This document shows positions 36,005 to 47,875 of a stretch of DNA of 64,000 nucleotides, piece after piece. The notes under the pieces are model-generated. The model was not told the DNA's origin. It did no database searches and saw only the letters and a program-made list of their open reading frames with translations. The first letter of the stretch is position 1. Every line of letters starts with the position of its first letter. The stretch comes from Pseudogymnoascus verrucosus (lineage: Eukaryota), in assembly GCA_001662655.1 (NCBI GenBank), contig KV460238.1; one strand, given 5' to 3'. Position numbers and translations under genes: made by a program.

Positions 36005-37397
36005 TTACTTTTCGTTGACCAACACCATCTTCTCGCGCTCCGGCTTCCTCTTCTGGAACTGCTTCTTGGTATGCTTCCTCTCATTCTCAATCTTGCGCTT
36101 AATAGCCTTAAGCTCCTCCGACTTGATCTCCCCAGCCTTCTTAATCACCTTCGGCACATGTCTGTGTCTCTTGATACGGCGAATCTCAGGCATATGCTGA
36201 TACCTCTCCGACAGCGCAGCGTTGTATTCTAACGCCTGTCTTTGCTTGGCGGACTTGATACCCTCGCGTCTCGACGACTCGGCGCGCCATAAGCGGATGT
36301 TTCCGTCGTCGGAGCCGGAGAGGATGTATTTCGAATCCGGAGTGAACTTGGTGGAGAAAACACGCTGCATACGCTTGGTGTGGTAGATATCTCTGGAGTG
36401 TCCGCTGCGGGCCTTCCAGATGCGGATGGTGCGGTCGTAGGAGGCGCTCACGAGTTCCTCGCCGGTGGGGCTGTACTCGACGTCCATGACTGCTGCGACG
36501 TGGTCCTTAAGAACGTTGAGGGCTTTGTTCATCTTCCTCATGTCGAAGACGTAGATGTTGTGGTCTTCGTTTGCTACGGCGAAGTTAAAGGCTTCCATGG
36601 GGTTCCAGGCGATGGCGTTGGATGCGAAGTTCAGGACTGTCTTTGCGAGGGGCATTGAGGTGCGTAGATCGTATAGTACGATCGACCTGTCTGTTGCGCA
36701 GGAGGCGAGGATAGAGGTCTCGACCTGGTTGAATTGCACGGTGGTGATGGTGTCTGTGGATGTTGGCCACTTGAGCACCTCTGGTGGGGCGGTAAACCTC
36801 TCGAGGTCGTAGATAGAAATAACTCCCGACGAAGCCGCAAACGCATTCTTCGACCTGTGATGTGATATCCCCGTAAAGGCATTCGTACCCAGCCACGTCG
36901 CTAATGGCGCCGTTCCAGAGGGTGTGTTGTAAGGATCGAAGAGCTTGATCGAGCGATCCGAAGCGCAAGTCAAGAGCTTCTGGTCTCTCGTCCAGCTCAT
37001 ACTCTTCACAATATTCTCATGCGCACCGACATTCCAAATTTCCTCCCTGCTAGTTAAATCCCAGACCTTCACTATTCCGTCGCCACTGCCACTTGCAAAT
37101 CGGTGCAGGGAATTCGGGTCCTTCGCCATGGTGTAGACTCCGTCCACATGGCCCTTTCCGAGCTGCCCAATAAATGGGGCGGCAAACATACGCTCCAGCT
37201 TTGTCGCATTGAGCGCACGAGTGTATTCTCTCGCTCTTTCGAAGGGATGTAGTGCTGGATCAAGGTTGCGAGGCTGTCTGGCGACATCAGAACCTGGCGC
37301 TTGCGCCGTGGCCGCTGAGCGCGTGAGCGCTTTAATCTTCTAAATTGGAGTATTAGCACTATTTCTCCTTATTAAAAATCAGTCTTTCACATACCAT
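36005..37397 (-). CDS. SOF1: U3 snoRNP WD40 protein Sof1/DCAF13; exon 1 is the ATG alone (37397-37395), intron 37340-37394
   Basis: M-KIKALTRS start, HPFERAREYTRALNATKLERMFA, WD repeats, DIYHTKRMQ, and the Sof1 C-terminal domain. Confidence 0.96.
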
Positions 37398-37607
37398 GAT
37401 GTGCTGAACAGTTGGCTTCCCATTTACTGTTGGTTCATTCAAAATTCGCAAGAGGCCGTTTATCGAAGCCTCGTCTCGAACTTTTTCGAGCAGGGATGCT
37501 TTATCGGCGAGCACGTGACCATCCACTAGCGCGTCAAGCTGTCGCCCAAGGCGACTGCAGCTACGCAAGACGGTATGCCCAAACCACCTCAATCACACAA
37601 CATCAAA

Positions 37608-38976
37608 ATGGCGCCGGTAGATTCAGATCGGATAATAGAAGCTGAGAAGCTGGTGAAGACGGAACCAAGGAAAGCGGAGGCACTATACAAGGATATCCTC
37701 TCGAAAACCCCGTCCGCAACCAACGATGCGGCCGTGCGGGAGTTTGAGACGGCGCTGGTGAAGCTGGGAGAGCTGTATCGTGATGAGCAGTATGTTTATT
37801 CGAGTGGGTTTGGATGACCTCTGCTAACAGGAACAGGAAAACTGATGAGCTTGTCAACCTAATCACAACAAGCCGGACAGTTCTATCGTCGTTTGCAAAG
37901 GCAAAGACAGCTAAACTTGGTAAGCAACCTCCAACCTCCCCCCCAGAGCCTGACTCTAACCCTCCCCAGTCCGCTCCCTCCTCGACCTCTTCCACAAAAT
38001 CCCCAATACGACCGACACGCAAATCTCCGTCACAAAGTCCTGCATCGAATGGGCGACCTCCGAGCGCCGCAGCTTCCTGCGCCAGAACCTCGAGACCCGC
38101 CTCGTCGCCCTGCACATGGCGAAGCAATCCTACTACGACGCCCTCACCCTCATCAACAGCCTCCTCCGCGAACTCAAGCGCCTCGACGACAAGCTCGTCC
38201 TCGTGGAAGTTCAACTCCTCGAATCCCGCGTCTACCACGCCCTCGGCAACGTCGCCAAAGGCCGCGCCGCCCTAACCAGCGCCCGCACCTCCGCCGCCTC
38301 CGTCTACACACCCCCCCTCCTCCAGGCGGGTCTAGACATGCAATCCGGGATGCTGCACGCGGAGGACAAGGATTTCAATACCGCGTTCTCGTACTTCATC
38401 GAAGCGCTCGACGGGTACCATACCCAGGATGAGCCCGCGAAGGCCACAGCGGCACTGCAGTACATGCTCCTCTGCAAAATCATGCTCAACCTCAACGACG
38501 ACATCGCGCAGCTCATGACCTCCAAGCAAGCCGTCAAATACGCCGGCAAGAACCTCGAAGCCATGAAAGCCGTCGCGCGCGCACACGCCAACCGCTCGCT
38601 CGAGGAATACGAAGCCGCGCTCGGGGACTACAAGTACGAGCTCGGCAGCGACACCTTCATCCGGAACCACCTGCGCCGGCTGTACGACAGCATGCTCGAG
38701 CAGAACCTCATCAAAGTCATCGAGCCTTTCTCGCGCGTGGAGATCGCGCATATCGCCAAGATGGTGGGGTTGGATGAACAGCAGGTGGAGCGGAAGCTGT
38801 CGCAGATGATCCTGGATAAGGTGATTATTGGGGTGCTGGATCAGGGGGCCGGGTGTCTGATTATCTTTGATGAGACGGAACCGGATGAGGGGTATGAGTC
38901 GGCGTTGGCGACGATTGCGAAGCTGAGTGGCGTCGTGGATGTGCTTTATACGAACCAGGCGTCGCAGCTTGAGTGA
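37608..38976 (+). CDS. RPN6: 26S proteasome lid subunit Rpn6; exons 37608-37789, about 37837-37919, 37970-38976
   Basis: AKAKTAKLVR, LLRELKRLDDKLVLVEVQLLES and PCI domain LEQNLIKVIEPFSRVE...KLSQMILDK. Confidence 0.96.
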
Positions 38977-39212
38977 GCGGTTTTTGGGGGCTGAGCTGGG
39001 GGGATGGCAAAAGGGCTTGTAATAAATAGAGGCGCTACATGGCGGATCGAGAATATCAAGGCGTTGCATTACTCATTATGTGTGTTTTTTCTTCACTCTG
39101 GACTTGTTCGCGTTTGTGACTGTAACGTAATTCGTGATTCCCGACCAACTCCTAACAATGAGGTATATACAACAGTAACCCACCATCCCCACTAGCATCA
39201 CACTACATATCC

Positions 39213-42200
39213 CTACAACCACCCCATCCCCAACCCCAAAATCCCCTTCTTCTTCCCCTCCTCCTCCTCCTCCACCCTCCTCACCCTCTCTTCCTCCTCC
39301 CTCTTCTCCCTTTCCCTCTTCCTCTCCATCCCCACCAGCCCATAAAGCCTCTTACACACAAACCCCTCATCCCACCACCTCCCCCCCTCCTCCTCCTCAT
39401 CCAGAAACAAATGTACCACATCCACCATCCACACCTCCATCACCAGACTATCACTCCCATCGCTCTCCCGTCCCCACACCGTCTTCCCCGCAAACTCGCT
39501 CTCCCTCACCGACGCAGGGATCTCATGCTCCGGCGTCGGGTTCTTCTTGTAGTCACGGTAGATCGAGCGGAGGGTGAGCCAGTGGCTTTTCGCCCACTCG
39601 GAATCTTCCATGAAGCGCGGTGGTTTTGGGAGAATGGAGGGGGACGCGGCGGTCGTGGAAGGGGAGGCGGCGGTCGTGGCACTGAAGATGACGGCTTTGA
39701 TGGGGGACGCGGTGCTGGCGAGGCGGAGACAGGATTTTAGAGGCGAGGGGGCGGAGGGGCGGCGGTAGGGGTTTGGGCGCGCGGGGGTGGTGGAGAGGCG
39801 GGTGGATTCGTCGAGGGAGGAGGTGCGGGAGAGTTGGGAGAGGTCGGAGAGGGCGGAGGGGGAGGGAGGGAGGTCTTGGGTGTATTCCTCTTCCTCCCTT
39901 GTTTGGTCCTCTTCGTCTGTGGCGAATTGAGAGTCGGATTGTTGGGTGAAGTCCGCTTCTTCTGTTGTGTCGTTGTATTTCTCGGTAGCTGGCAAGCTCT
40001 GCGTTGGTGATGCGAGGGTTTCATCTTCGGCATAGGAAGGCTCGGGTTTCTTCACAGGAGAGGACGCGAGTAGCGCGGAAATACCTAGGATATTGCTCTG
40101 TCGTGGTGTAATCCTTGGTTTGAAATTCTGTTTCTGTGGGAGGTCCCAAGTTGATAGCTCCGTTTGGTCATAATCTTCCGCGATGGGGGGTGCCTGTGGC
40201 CGCTCTATTGGTGCCATGAAGGGTGTCGATTGTGGTTTTGACAGTCCAATACTCCGTCTTAATGGTCCCAGTTGTGGCGGACCAGAAACCAAATCGGAGG
40301 GCTTGGAAGTGCTCTTCGGCAGTAGAACAGCCTTTGGTGCAAGCTGCGAGGTTAGCCTAGCTAGCACACTGGTCACTTTGGCGTCCTCTCTTGGTACCAA
40401 GGTAGCCCTGGGAGCAAATGCTGGTGGCGCTGGAAGTGCCACATTCCGTGCTTCAACTGGCGGTGCTGCTATCGAGGTTTCATTCTTGTTTATTGGCGAT
40501 GAATCCTGAGCGGCAAGTTCGTCGCTATACACCAATCGTCTGCTATTCTGCCTCCATGGACTTGGGAGCTTGCTCCGTCTCGGCCTTTCCAATGCGGATG
40601 CAGCCTGTTTTGGGGCAATATCAACATGCTTGCCTATCGATGGCGAGGAATTGCTGCGTGCTTCGGCTAGCCATATGTCCTCATCATCAAAGACGTCTTC
40701 GACAACGTTTGCCTTCGGGGCGAGTTGAGGTTGTGTTAGGAGTGGAGTGCTGTTGATCGTTGGCAGATCCGATGGCACGACATACACCTGGGTCAAGTCT
40801 AGTCCCAGATGTTGAGTAGTCTCAACCTTATCCACTTGCCATTCATCTCTCTGCTTCTGCTTCTGAGATTCCATCTGACGCTCCGCAGTGCGAGAAGACC
40901 CCACCGTAGCCTTACCACTTCTAGACCCCTCACTATCATCCCGCGGAGGCGTCCTCATCGCAGGATACTCAGCTTGCCAACTCATCTCATCAGAATAGCG
41001 AACAGTATTCGTATCCTGAGTCACCAAGTTAACAATCTGCGTATTCCTAGCCTGACCCGGCGTAGGCAGCCCCAAAGAATAATCATCCTTCTCCTCCGGA
41101 GAAGGCGAGCGTAATTGCTCAGATGCCTCTGCGAGGAAGGGGTCATCGACAATTAATGGGATGTTCTTCATGAAGCCCGGCTTTCGCTCATCTGCGGCCC
41201 CGCTTAATGTTCTGCTTCGAGAAAGGTTGCGCCATGACATTGGTCCGAGTCCGGGAACAGAGGAGTCTAGTTTCGATGACTGGGCCGCTGCCTCCTTCGT
41301 TGGCTCCTCAGTTGGAGATAATGGGTGTCTCCTAGCGTTTGGGCTTTTGAATGGGCTGCGAAGGAATGATGAATGTGTGCTTGCCGAATTTGGAACGAGA
41401 ATCTCCTGAAGTGCACGACCTGCAATGACACTTGAAGACAAAAGTGGTCTCGGTACTCCATTGACATCCGTCGTACTCGGCAACTGTTCTCTTGGAGGTG
41501 GCCTTTGTTTTGGGGGAGGTAGAGACGGAGATGAGAACACGATTGATGGGGTTTCGGTTAGGCCGAGTGATTTCCGCTGTCGTAGATGTGCGGTGTATGT
41601 GTATCGAGGAGCTGCAAATGATGGAGGTGACGATCTCATTTGAGTCATATTTACTGACGAATCCGCGGTTGACTCGACGTGAACGCTTTCTCTATGCGTA
41701 ACTGAAGCTGCTTTTTCCTGAGAAGGTTCCTGAGCAGATGATCCAGCTGAGTCGTTATCTGGTGATGGTGTCTCTTCTGGAGTCGGCAGCCAAGGTGTTG
41801 TGGGATGCTCGGAATCGCTATTCGAGGTAGTGATAGCCTCAACGGGCTGAGTAAGGAGTGCAGATCCAGTCACAGGGCTTCCTGCTTGAAAATTTTCACT
41901 GACATCCGCCTCATGATCCTGGTCTCGCGGGCTACTCGTGGTGGGCTGGGACCTAGCAGATCTATTCGAAGCGGAAACACCAACTAAACTTTGCTGCATC
42001 GTCTGCACATTATCAAAGCTTCGGCGCTTCGATGAAGATGCTTCTGATAGAGACGACATTCCCGATGAAGATGGACGATTGTCACTTCTCCTGTGGTCCA
42101 CTTCACGTTCTTCAAAGGAAGACAGAGACTCGAACGGCTTGCCCTGGATAGAAGGGCTGCTGAAGTGTTCCCGCAACGAAGGCACCGAATCAACTGATAT

Positions 42201-43352
42201 CATGCTAAATCCCTCGCTCTCCAGGATCGTATCAAACTCTTGGAGATCACCCAGGCCATCTTCAGCCTCATCATCGTAGTTTTCCTCTTCATGCTGGGAT
42301 CTATCATATCCGGAGCCAATCTTATTCGCGGATAGCGATGAACGAGGAACCTCCTCCACCGCCTGATGAACAAGCGGCGACCCCCGCCTCGAGCTGGCCG
42401 TGGCCTGGAGGTGTCTGGGGATAGCAGAGACAACTCTCGGACTCGACCACCCTTCCGCTTCAGGTGTTATCTCTCTGTCAAACTGGGCAACCGTAACATC
42501 CTCGCCGAATGCGGTCGATGTAGATCGGATGGTTGAATGTTCCGAATTAGACCCCATCGTATTTTGTTCCACAGCCCGTAACGGCATATCATCTTCGGGA
42601 TGCATCTCTTCAGACTCCTCGGCCGGCGAGCTATGTCCCATGAGATCTTCCAGTATCGGGATTTCTTGCGGCAGTAACGACTGTCTTCCCCCCCTCTTGT
42701 TCGCCACGCTCGATTCCGGCAGATCTGACGAAGGCCCAGTCGATTTCGCAGCAGGTGTCTTCCGAGTAACAGATTTAACAGATCTTGACCGTGACCGTCC
42801 CTTACCTCTTCCGACCTCGACGCTCTTCCCAATCGCGAAATCCCAGTCCTCCTCGTCATCACCATCCACTAAACTTCCCAGTGTCCTCCTCCTCCTGGGC
42901 GACTTTCCTGGAGTTACATTTCTAGTTTTCGCGGGCACCGGGGTGCCTATCGACTTTCGTGGGCGACCGCGACCGCGTTTTGGTGGCGCGGCGGGGCTGT
43001 CTTCTTCGGAATCGGAGAGGCCCTTGAGCGGGACTGTTGTGGTAGTAGTTCGCGTGTTTGGGCGTCTTGAAGACGCATAGTAAGGCGACGGCGAGGGAGA
43101 TCTGAGGTCTGAGAATTCAGGGTAGGAGTTCTCCTTGTTGTTCTCCGCTTCGACGGTGACCCTTATTTTCTGCGGCGAGATGCCATTGCCGACGTCCAAC
43201 TCGAACGTTTGTTTGGTTGGCGAGCTGCCGTACATTTGTTGTGACCTGCGGACTCTCGATTGCCGTATAGATTTTGAAGGTGATGAGAAGGTCGGAGTGT
43301 CGTTGAGAGGGTCCGGCGAGGAGGGTAAAATGTCTGCCATGTTATAAGACAT
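39213..43352 (-). CDS. Large Ser/Pro-rich disordered protein with an AT-hook
   Basis: 1379-aa uninterrupted ORF with AT-hook PKRGRGRPRK, many SP/TP sites and a small Trp-rich C-terminal segment. Confidence 0.75.
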   Translation of the reverse strand: MSYNMADILPSSPDPLNDTPTFSSPSKSIRQSRVRRSQQMYGSSPTKQTFELDVGNGISPQKIRVTVEAENNKENSYPEFSDLRSPSPSPYYASSRRPNTRTTTTTVPLKGLSDSEEDSPAAPPKRGRGRPRKSIGTPVPAKTRNVTPGKSPRRRRTLGSLVDGDDEEDWDFAIGKSVEVGRGKGRSRSRSVKSVTRKTPAAKSTGPSSDLPESSVANKRGGRQSLLPQEIPILEDLMGHSSPAEESEEMHPEDDMPLRAVEQNTMGSNSEHSTIRSTSTAFGEDVTVAQFDREITPEAEGWSSPRVVSAIPRHLQATASSRRGSPLVHQAVEEVPRSSLSANKIGSGYDRSQHEEENYDDEAEDGLGDLQEFDTILESEGFSMISVDSVPSLREHFSSPSIQGKPFESLSSFEEREVDHRRSDNRPSSSGMSSLSEASSSKRRSFDNVQTMQQSLVGVSASNRSARSQPTTSSPRDQDHEADVSENFQAGSPVTGSALLTQPVEAITTSNSDSEHPTTPWLPTPEETPSPDNDSAGSSAQEPSQEKAASVTHRESVHVESTADSSVNMTQMRSSPPSFAAPRYTYTAHLRQRKSLGLTETPSIVFSSPSLPPPKQRPPPREQLPSTTDVNGVPRPLLSSSVIAGRALQEILVPNSASTHSSFLRSPFKSPNARRHPLSPTEEPTKEAAAQSSKLDSSVPGLGPMSWRNLSRSRTLSGAADERKPGFMKNIPLIVDDPFLAEASEQLRSPSPEEKDDYSLGLPTPGQARNTQIVNLVTQDTNTVRYSDEMSWQAEYPAMRTPPRDDSEGSRSGKATVGSSRTAERQMESQKQKQRDEWQVDKVETTQHLGLDLTQVYVVPSDLPTINSTPLLTQPQLAPKANVVEDVFDDEDIWLAEARSNSSPSIGKHVDIAPKQAASALERPRRSKLPSPWRQNSRRLVYSDELAAQDSSPINKNETSIAAPPVEARNVALPAPPAFAPRATLVPREDAKVTSVLARLTSQLAPKAVLLPKSTSKPSDLVSGPPQLGPLRRSIGLSKPQSTPFMAPIERPQAPPIAEDYDQTELSTWDLPQKQNFKPRITPRQSNILGISALLASSPVKKPEPSYAEDETLASPTQSLPATEKYNDTTEEADFTQQSDSQFATDEEDQTREEEEYTQDLPPSPSALSDLSQLSRTSSLDESTRLSTTPARPNPYRRPSAPSPLKSCLRLASTASPIKAVIFSATTAASPSTTAASPSILPKPPRFMEDSEWAKSHWLTLRSIYRDYKKNPTPEHEIPASVRESEFAGKTVWGRESDGSDSLVMEVWMVDVVHLFLDEEEEGGRWWDEGFVCKRLYGLVGMERKREREKREEEERVRRVEEEEEGKKKGILGLGMGWL

Positions 43353-44410
43353 GTTCTTGATTGTGTAGTGTAGTAGCTTCGACTAATTGCTCATGAAGCT
43401 CTGGACAGCGGAGGCGCGTTCCAACTCGCAACAATATAAAAGAACGCGTCTTTTTCCGAGCTCGTATGGTGTTAGTAGCAGTTACCGCATTGATTTCGTA
43501 TATTTATGTACATGAATATAGTTGCTGAGGCTCTTGGAGTTGCCTGGCTGGTTTGTTTACATTGACTGTTTGCGGAATTGGGGGTTCGACAGCTGATGTC
43601 CAACCATCTCACAAGTGGCGGGAAGGGTCCTGTAGTTGCTGTAGATTGGGTAGAGTCTAAACTACTTTAGGAAATACTAGGTAATACTAAGATACAAAGC
43701 TAAAGTAGAAAGTTACAAGGCTACAACACGGCAAAAAGCGGGGAATTTAGGAATTTGGGGATAGAGGGGACCAACTTTTGACTTGATTACTAATTCAGGA
43801 TGATTAAGTAAGCTGCCATGATATCCGATTCATGGGATCTTGCGCCATCCAGTGCTAAGAGAGTTCTAAGAGACCATGACGGAAAGGAAGGAGGGGGTTA
43901 ATGGTGACTGGCCATACATACCACAGCATTCCGGATATACCAATGGCATACCCATCATGCACCATTTTAAGCCCTGTCGAGTACAACTACGTGTGATATA
44001 CCTGCTCTACCTGCTCTATATGGAGATGCCGGAGGTATTCTAGGCATTCTGGGTATTCTAAGCAGGTCTGTATTATAAATACAATATGCCCTTTTATCAC
44101 GGTAGGTCGCTGCTTACTATATCAAACTCCACGTTGACGCCATTTCCTTGTGGCATCGAGGATTCATATGTCTCTCACGGCATATATAAGACGTTCCCCC
44201 GCTCTTGCTTCATCTTTCTTACTTTCCTATTACTCTACTATCCTACGCTGTCTTCCGGTCGGACTGGCATATCAAGTGCAACTAATCCAACAACAACCAC
44301 TACCACATATCACACACCATATCACCTTCTCATACCTCACTCAAGCAACTAATCCTCCAACAACCACTTACCACTCTTCACATCACCTCCTCACACCCCA
44401 AACCACAGCC

Positions 44411-45346
44411 ATGGCCACAGTCTCCTCCCAGCCCGCCACCCCCGCACACAACCTCTCCTCCTCCGCCCGCGCCGAATCCGCTGGCGTCCAAACCGAAACC
44501 GCCACCCTCCCATACCATATCCCCCGCGGCAACGTCGAAGCCGAGCTGCACTTCTACCTCCCCCCCGAGGACGGATCACACCCCTACAACTGGGTGAACA
44601 AGCAACCCGAAGGCACTCCCCAGCACAACTACGGCTCCACCGTGCAAACCGTCACGATCCACGACATCCGCGGCGACGAATCCTCCTACACCCTCGACAA
44701 GGACGCCTTTGCCGTTCTCCAGAATGTCGAGTCGTTGGGCGAAACTGAGTTCACGGATGACGACCACATCAAGGAGTTTTACTACCCCGAAGTCGAAAAA
44801 GTGCTCCTCGATAACGTCCCGGGGGCCAACAAAATCTTCATCTTCGACCACACCATCCGCCGCTCCGGTCCGGAGGCAAAGAGGGGTCCGGTAAACCGCG
44901 CCCACATCGACCAAATCGCCAGTTCCGCCGCCGAGCGCGTAAAGGTGCACCTCCCCACCACCGCCGAGACCCTCTTGCAAGGTCGTTACCGCATCATCAA
45001 CGTCTGGCGCCCCCTCAACGGCCCCATCGTCGCACAACCCCTCTCCTTCGCCTCATCGCACACAGTGCGGGACGAGGATCTGATCCCCGTCGAACATCGG
45101 TATCCGGATCGCGTCGGGTATACGGCGAGCGTGAGGTGGAATGAGGGGCAGAGGTGGAATTATCTGTCGGGGATGAGGAATGATGAGAGGATTCTTTTGG
45201 AGTGCTTTGATAGTGAGGGACTGAAGGAGGGGGGGGAGGTTAAGGGGGGGAGAGTGCCGCATTCGGCGTTTGTGGATCCGAGGACGCCGGAGGGGGGGCC
45301 GGGGAGGGAGAGTATTGAGGTTAGGGCGTTGGTTTTTGGGCCGTAG
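44411..45346 (+). CDS. AsaB/CmcJ/GA4-desaturase-like non-heme iron oxidoreductase
   Basis: FDHTIRR, AHIDQ (HxD), IINVWRPL, PHSAF and RESIEVRALV motifs. The ATG at 44411 is in good context (GCCATGG). Confidence 0.85.
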   Translation: MATVSSQPATPAHNLSSSARAESAGVQTETATLPYHIPRGNVEAELHFYLPPEDGSHPYNWVNKQPEGTPQHNYGSTVQTVTIHDIRGDESSYTLDKDAFAVLQNVESLGETEFTDDDHIKEFYYPEVEKVLLDNVPGANKIFIFDHTIRRSGPEAKRGPVNRAHIDQIASSAAERVKVHLPTTAETLLQGRYRIINVWRPLNGPIVAQPLSFASSHTVRDEDLIPVEHRYPDRVGYTASVRWNEGQRWNYLSGMRNDERILLECFDSEGLKEGGEVKGGRVPHSAFVDPRTPEGGPGRESIEVRALVFGP

Positions 45347-45501
45347 ATGGTGGTGATAGATTCTCCTAGAGGGTTTGCTGGGATACATCAGAGGCGGGGG
45401 GTGGGGGTCGATAAAGTTGTAGGATTTGGTTACACTACTCACTCATTAACGGGTTATGATTACAGTGTTCGGCACGGATGCCAATATACCTGTGGTATCC
45501 G

Positions 45502-45590
45502 GGTATATCCTTAAGGATATACCTACTTGGTGATATTTTAGGAGTATCTAGCGTATCTAGATACTCTCGAGTATATATCTAGATATATAC
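45502..45590. repeat. Cluster of three perfect palindromes in a TpA-rich relic
   Basis: GGTATATCCTTAAGGATATACC (45502-45523, 22 bp), GTATCTAGATAC (45553-45564, 12 bp) and GTATATATCTAGATATATAC (45571-45590, 20 bp). Confidence 0.85.
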
Positions 45591-46053
45591 TAAGAATAGC
45601 TAAGCATTGCTAAGACCTCTTTTTTCTAACGTCATAAGACTAGTATTAATGCTATATAAAGTAATAATTATCCTTATAATGTAGATTGTGGTGTTTGAGC
45701 TTCGGGTTTAGCGCCCGCCCTAATCGGGCAACGCGCCTGCACGTTCCTGCCACCGCTTTCGACTTCTATAAAAGGGCCACTCCCTCCCCTCTCCTCTGTC
45801 CCTCTCCACCGTCGCCCCTCCCTCTTAACATTCTCGCACCTGCTGCGCTCATCGTGCGACGCTTGACCCATTTGCCCCCTCCACGCTGCATGGCCCCGCC
45901 TAACGGATCGCAGCTGAAAACCCGTAGTGGCACATGAACGCATTCGTAGAGCCACAACCTCGATTTACGCCCTCCGATAACGCCCTCTAATAACTGCGCC
46001 TTCCATGCCACCGGGCTCTTTGAGATGGCAACGAGCCCTTTGAGCATCGACGT

Positions 46054-46106
46054 TCTATCGTTTTGACTCCTCTAATGCTAGACATTAGAGTAGTCAAAAT
46101 GATGGA
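46054..46106. repeat. Inverted repeat with 24-bp arms and a 5-nt loop
   Basis: TCTATCGTTTTGACTCCTCTAATG-CTAGA-CATTAGAGTAGTCAAAATGATGGA; 21 of 24 positions are Watson-Crick. Confidence 0.85.
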
Positions 46107-47147
46107 TACTTAAGCATCTCGAAATCAGCGCACGTATCGACCCATATCCGTATACGCCGTGTTCCTTAACCACCCTAACTCCTCCCACTGTAAAATCCGT
46201 CCGCATCGTCGCCTTCAAGCTTAATTCACAGCGTCCCTCCACCAGCTGCACCATCGCGATCTTACGATCCCTGGTACTTAAAAGGTCACATCTTAGCTCT
46301 AGGGCCTCCCTAATGAGGAATGGCCATTGACCGTATACTTGCTATAGCACGCAAATACCGCAAGGTCGCCCTAGTCAATACCTGAGCAGTGGTGGAACGT
46401 ATGTAATCATCTCACAAGAGTGTCTTGCGCATGGTCGATGCAGCTGCCGCGAAAGCCAGAGATACCGTAAGTGTGTTAATCATTCCAACCCCCTCTTCAA
46501 CGAATCCAGCGCTCTTTCGGATAATGTGTGCATCGTCGTACTCGTACGCTCCGAAATAAAGGGGCCCAGCTTGTCACAAAAGCTTGATTCGCCCTGGCGG
46601 AAATGATCCTTGCCAAATTCCGTGTGGGGATCCACACGAACTCGGCTCGCTGGATCGGCTCGCCAGAAGCGGGATAGGCGGGTGCCTAGGGCGCGGTGGT
46701 TACATTAGGGGATCGATAGTTGCAGGACCATGGCAAGGGGAGGAGCAGGTCGGTGTTGGATGCGTGGTGGAGGTTGTTGTGAGGTTTAGAGGAGGTGGGG
46801 TGATGATGGTGAGAGGGGGATACTGGGGATTGAATGGATTTGAGGGAATAAGAGGAAAGGACTTTCGCTGCGTGGGAGCGAGAACGAGTCGTTATCCCGA
46901 TATCCTCAAGTCTAGCCCTCGGAAATTTTAGCCGCGTATGCAAGAAATGAGTTACTTTATTTTAGTCCCAGTCCTCAACATACCGTACTATAATAAATAG
47001 CGCTAGAGATCCCCCCGTCTCGATCGTCCTGGACGTTGCTCTTCCTTTCTCACTCTTGAACAAGCTGCTCGCTCAAATTTTCCACTCGTTTTGGTTCACA
47101 TTCCAGACATCATTTTTGTTAGTAGTACATAACTCACCACCTCCAAA

Positions 47148-47875
47148 ATGCACAAACTCGCCCTCGCCCTAGGACTCTTCCTGAGCCCCGTCGCTGCGGA
47201 GTACACCACCACCCTCCTCGTCCCCGGCCTCGACCTCGACCCCCAAGCCATCGGCGGCTACGTCGGCAGCGTCATCGCCACTGTACCCCTCCCCCCCCTT
47301 TTTTCCATCCCCCTTCACACCACGCCACTAACCTCCCCTCCCAGGACGCCACAGCAACAACCTACGCCCTCTCCTGCCCGCTCGCCGTCGGCAACGCCTG
47401 CGGTGTCCCCGCCAGCCTGCTCATAACCCAAGGCCCATCAACACTGCACTACGCCTTCCCCACCGGCAGTGGCGACATGACAGCGGACTGCAAGCTCACG
47501 GGCACGCAAGGCGTGTGTAGCGGCTCTATCCTCGCGACGGGGGCGCAGCATGGGGTGGTCACGGTGGGGTATAAGAGTTTTGGGATGTATGATGAGGTGG
47601 TGGTTACGATCACGGGGGCGGCACCGGAGGCGACGGGGGAGGGGGGTGCTGGTGCTGCGACGGCGACGGGAACGGCGACGGGGGAGCCGGCGGGGAAGAC
47701 GGCTGGTGGCTTAGGGAGCGGCGGCGGCGCCCGGGGGGAGGCGAGCAGTGCCACGGGTAGCTCAAGCAGCGCCGTCAGCTCGAAGGCCAGCACGGGGGGG
47801 ATGCCTATGATCACTGGGCATGCGCAGTGGGTCATTGGAGGGGCGGGTGCGGCGGTGGCGATTGCTGCTATGTAA
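47148..47875 (+). CDS. Small secreted, probably GPI-anchored cell-surface protein; exons 47148-47282, 47345-47875
   Basis: Signal peptide MHKLALALGLFLSPVAA, a 4-Cys domain, a Ser/Thr/Gly/Ala-rich stalk and a hydrophobic C terminus. Intron 47283-47344 keeps the frame. Confidence 0.8.
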
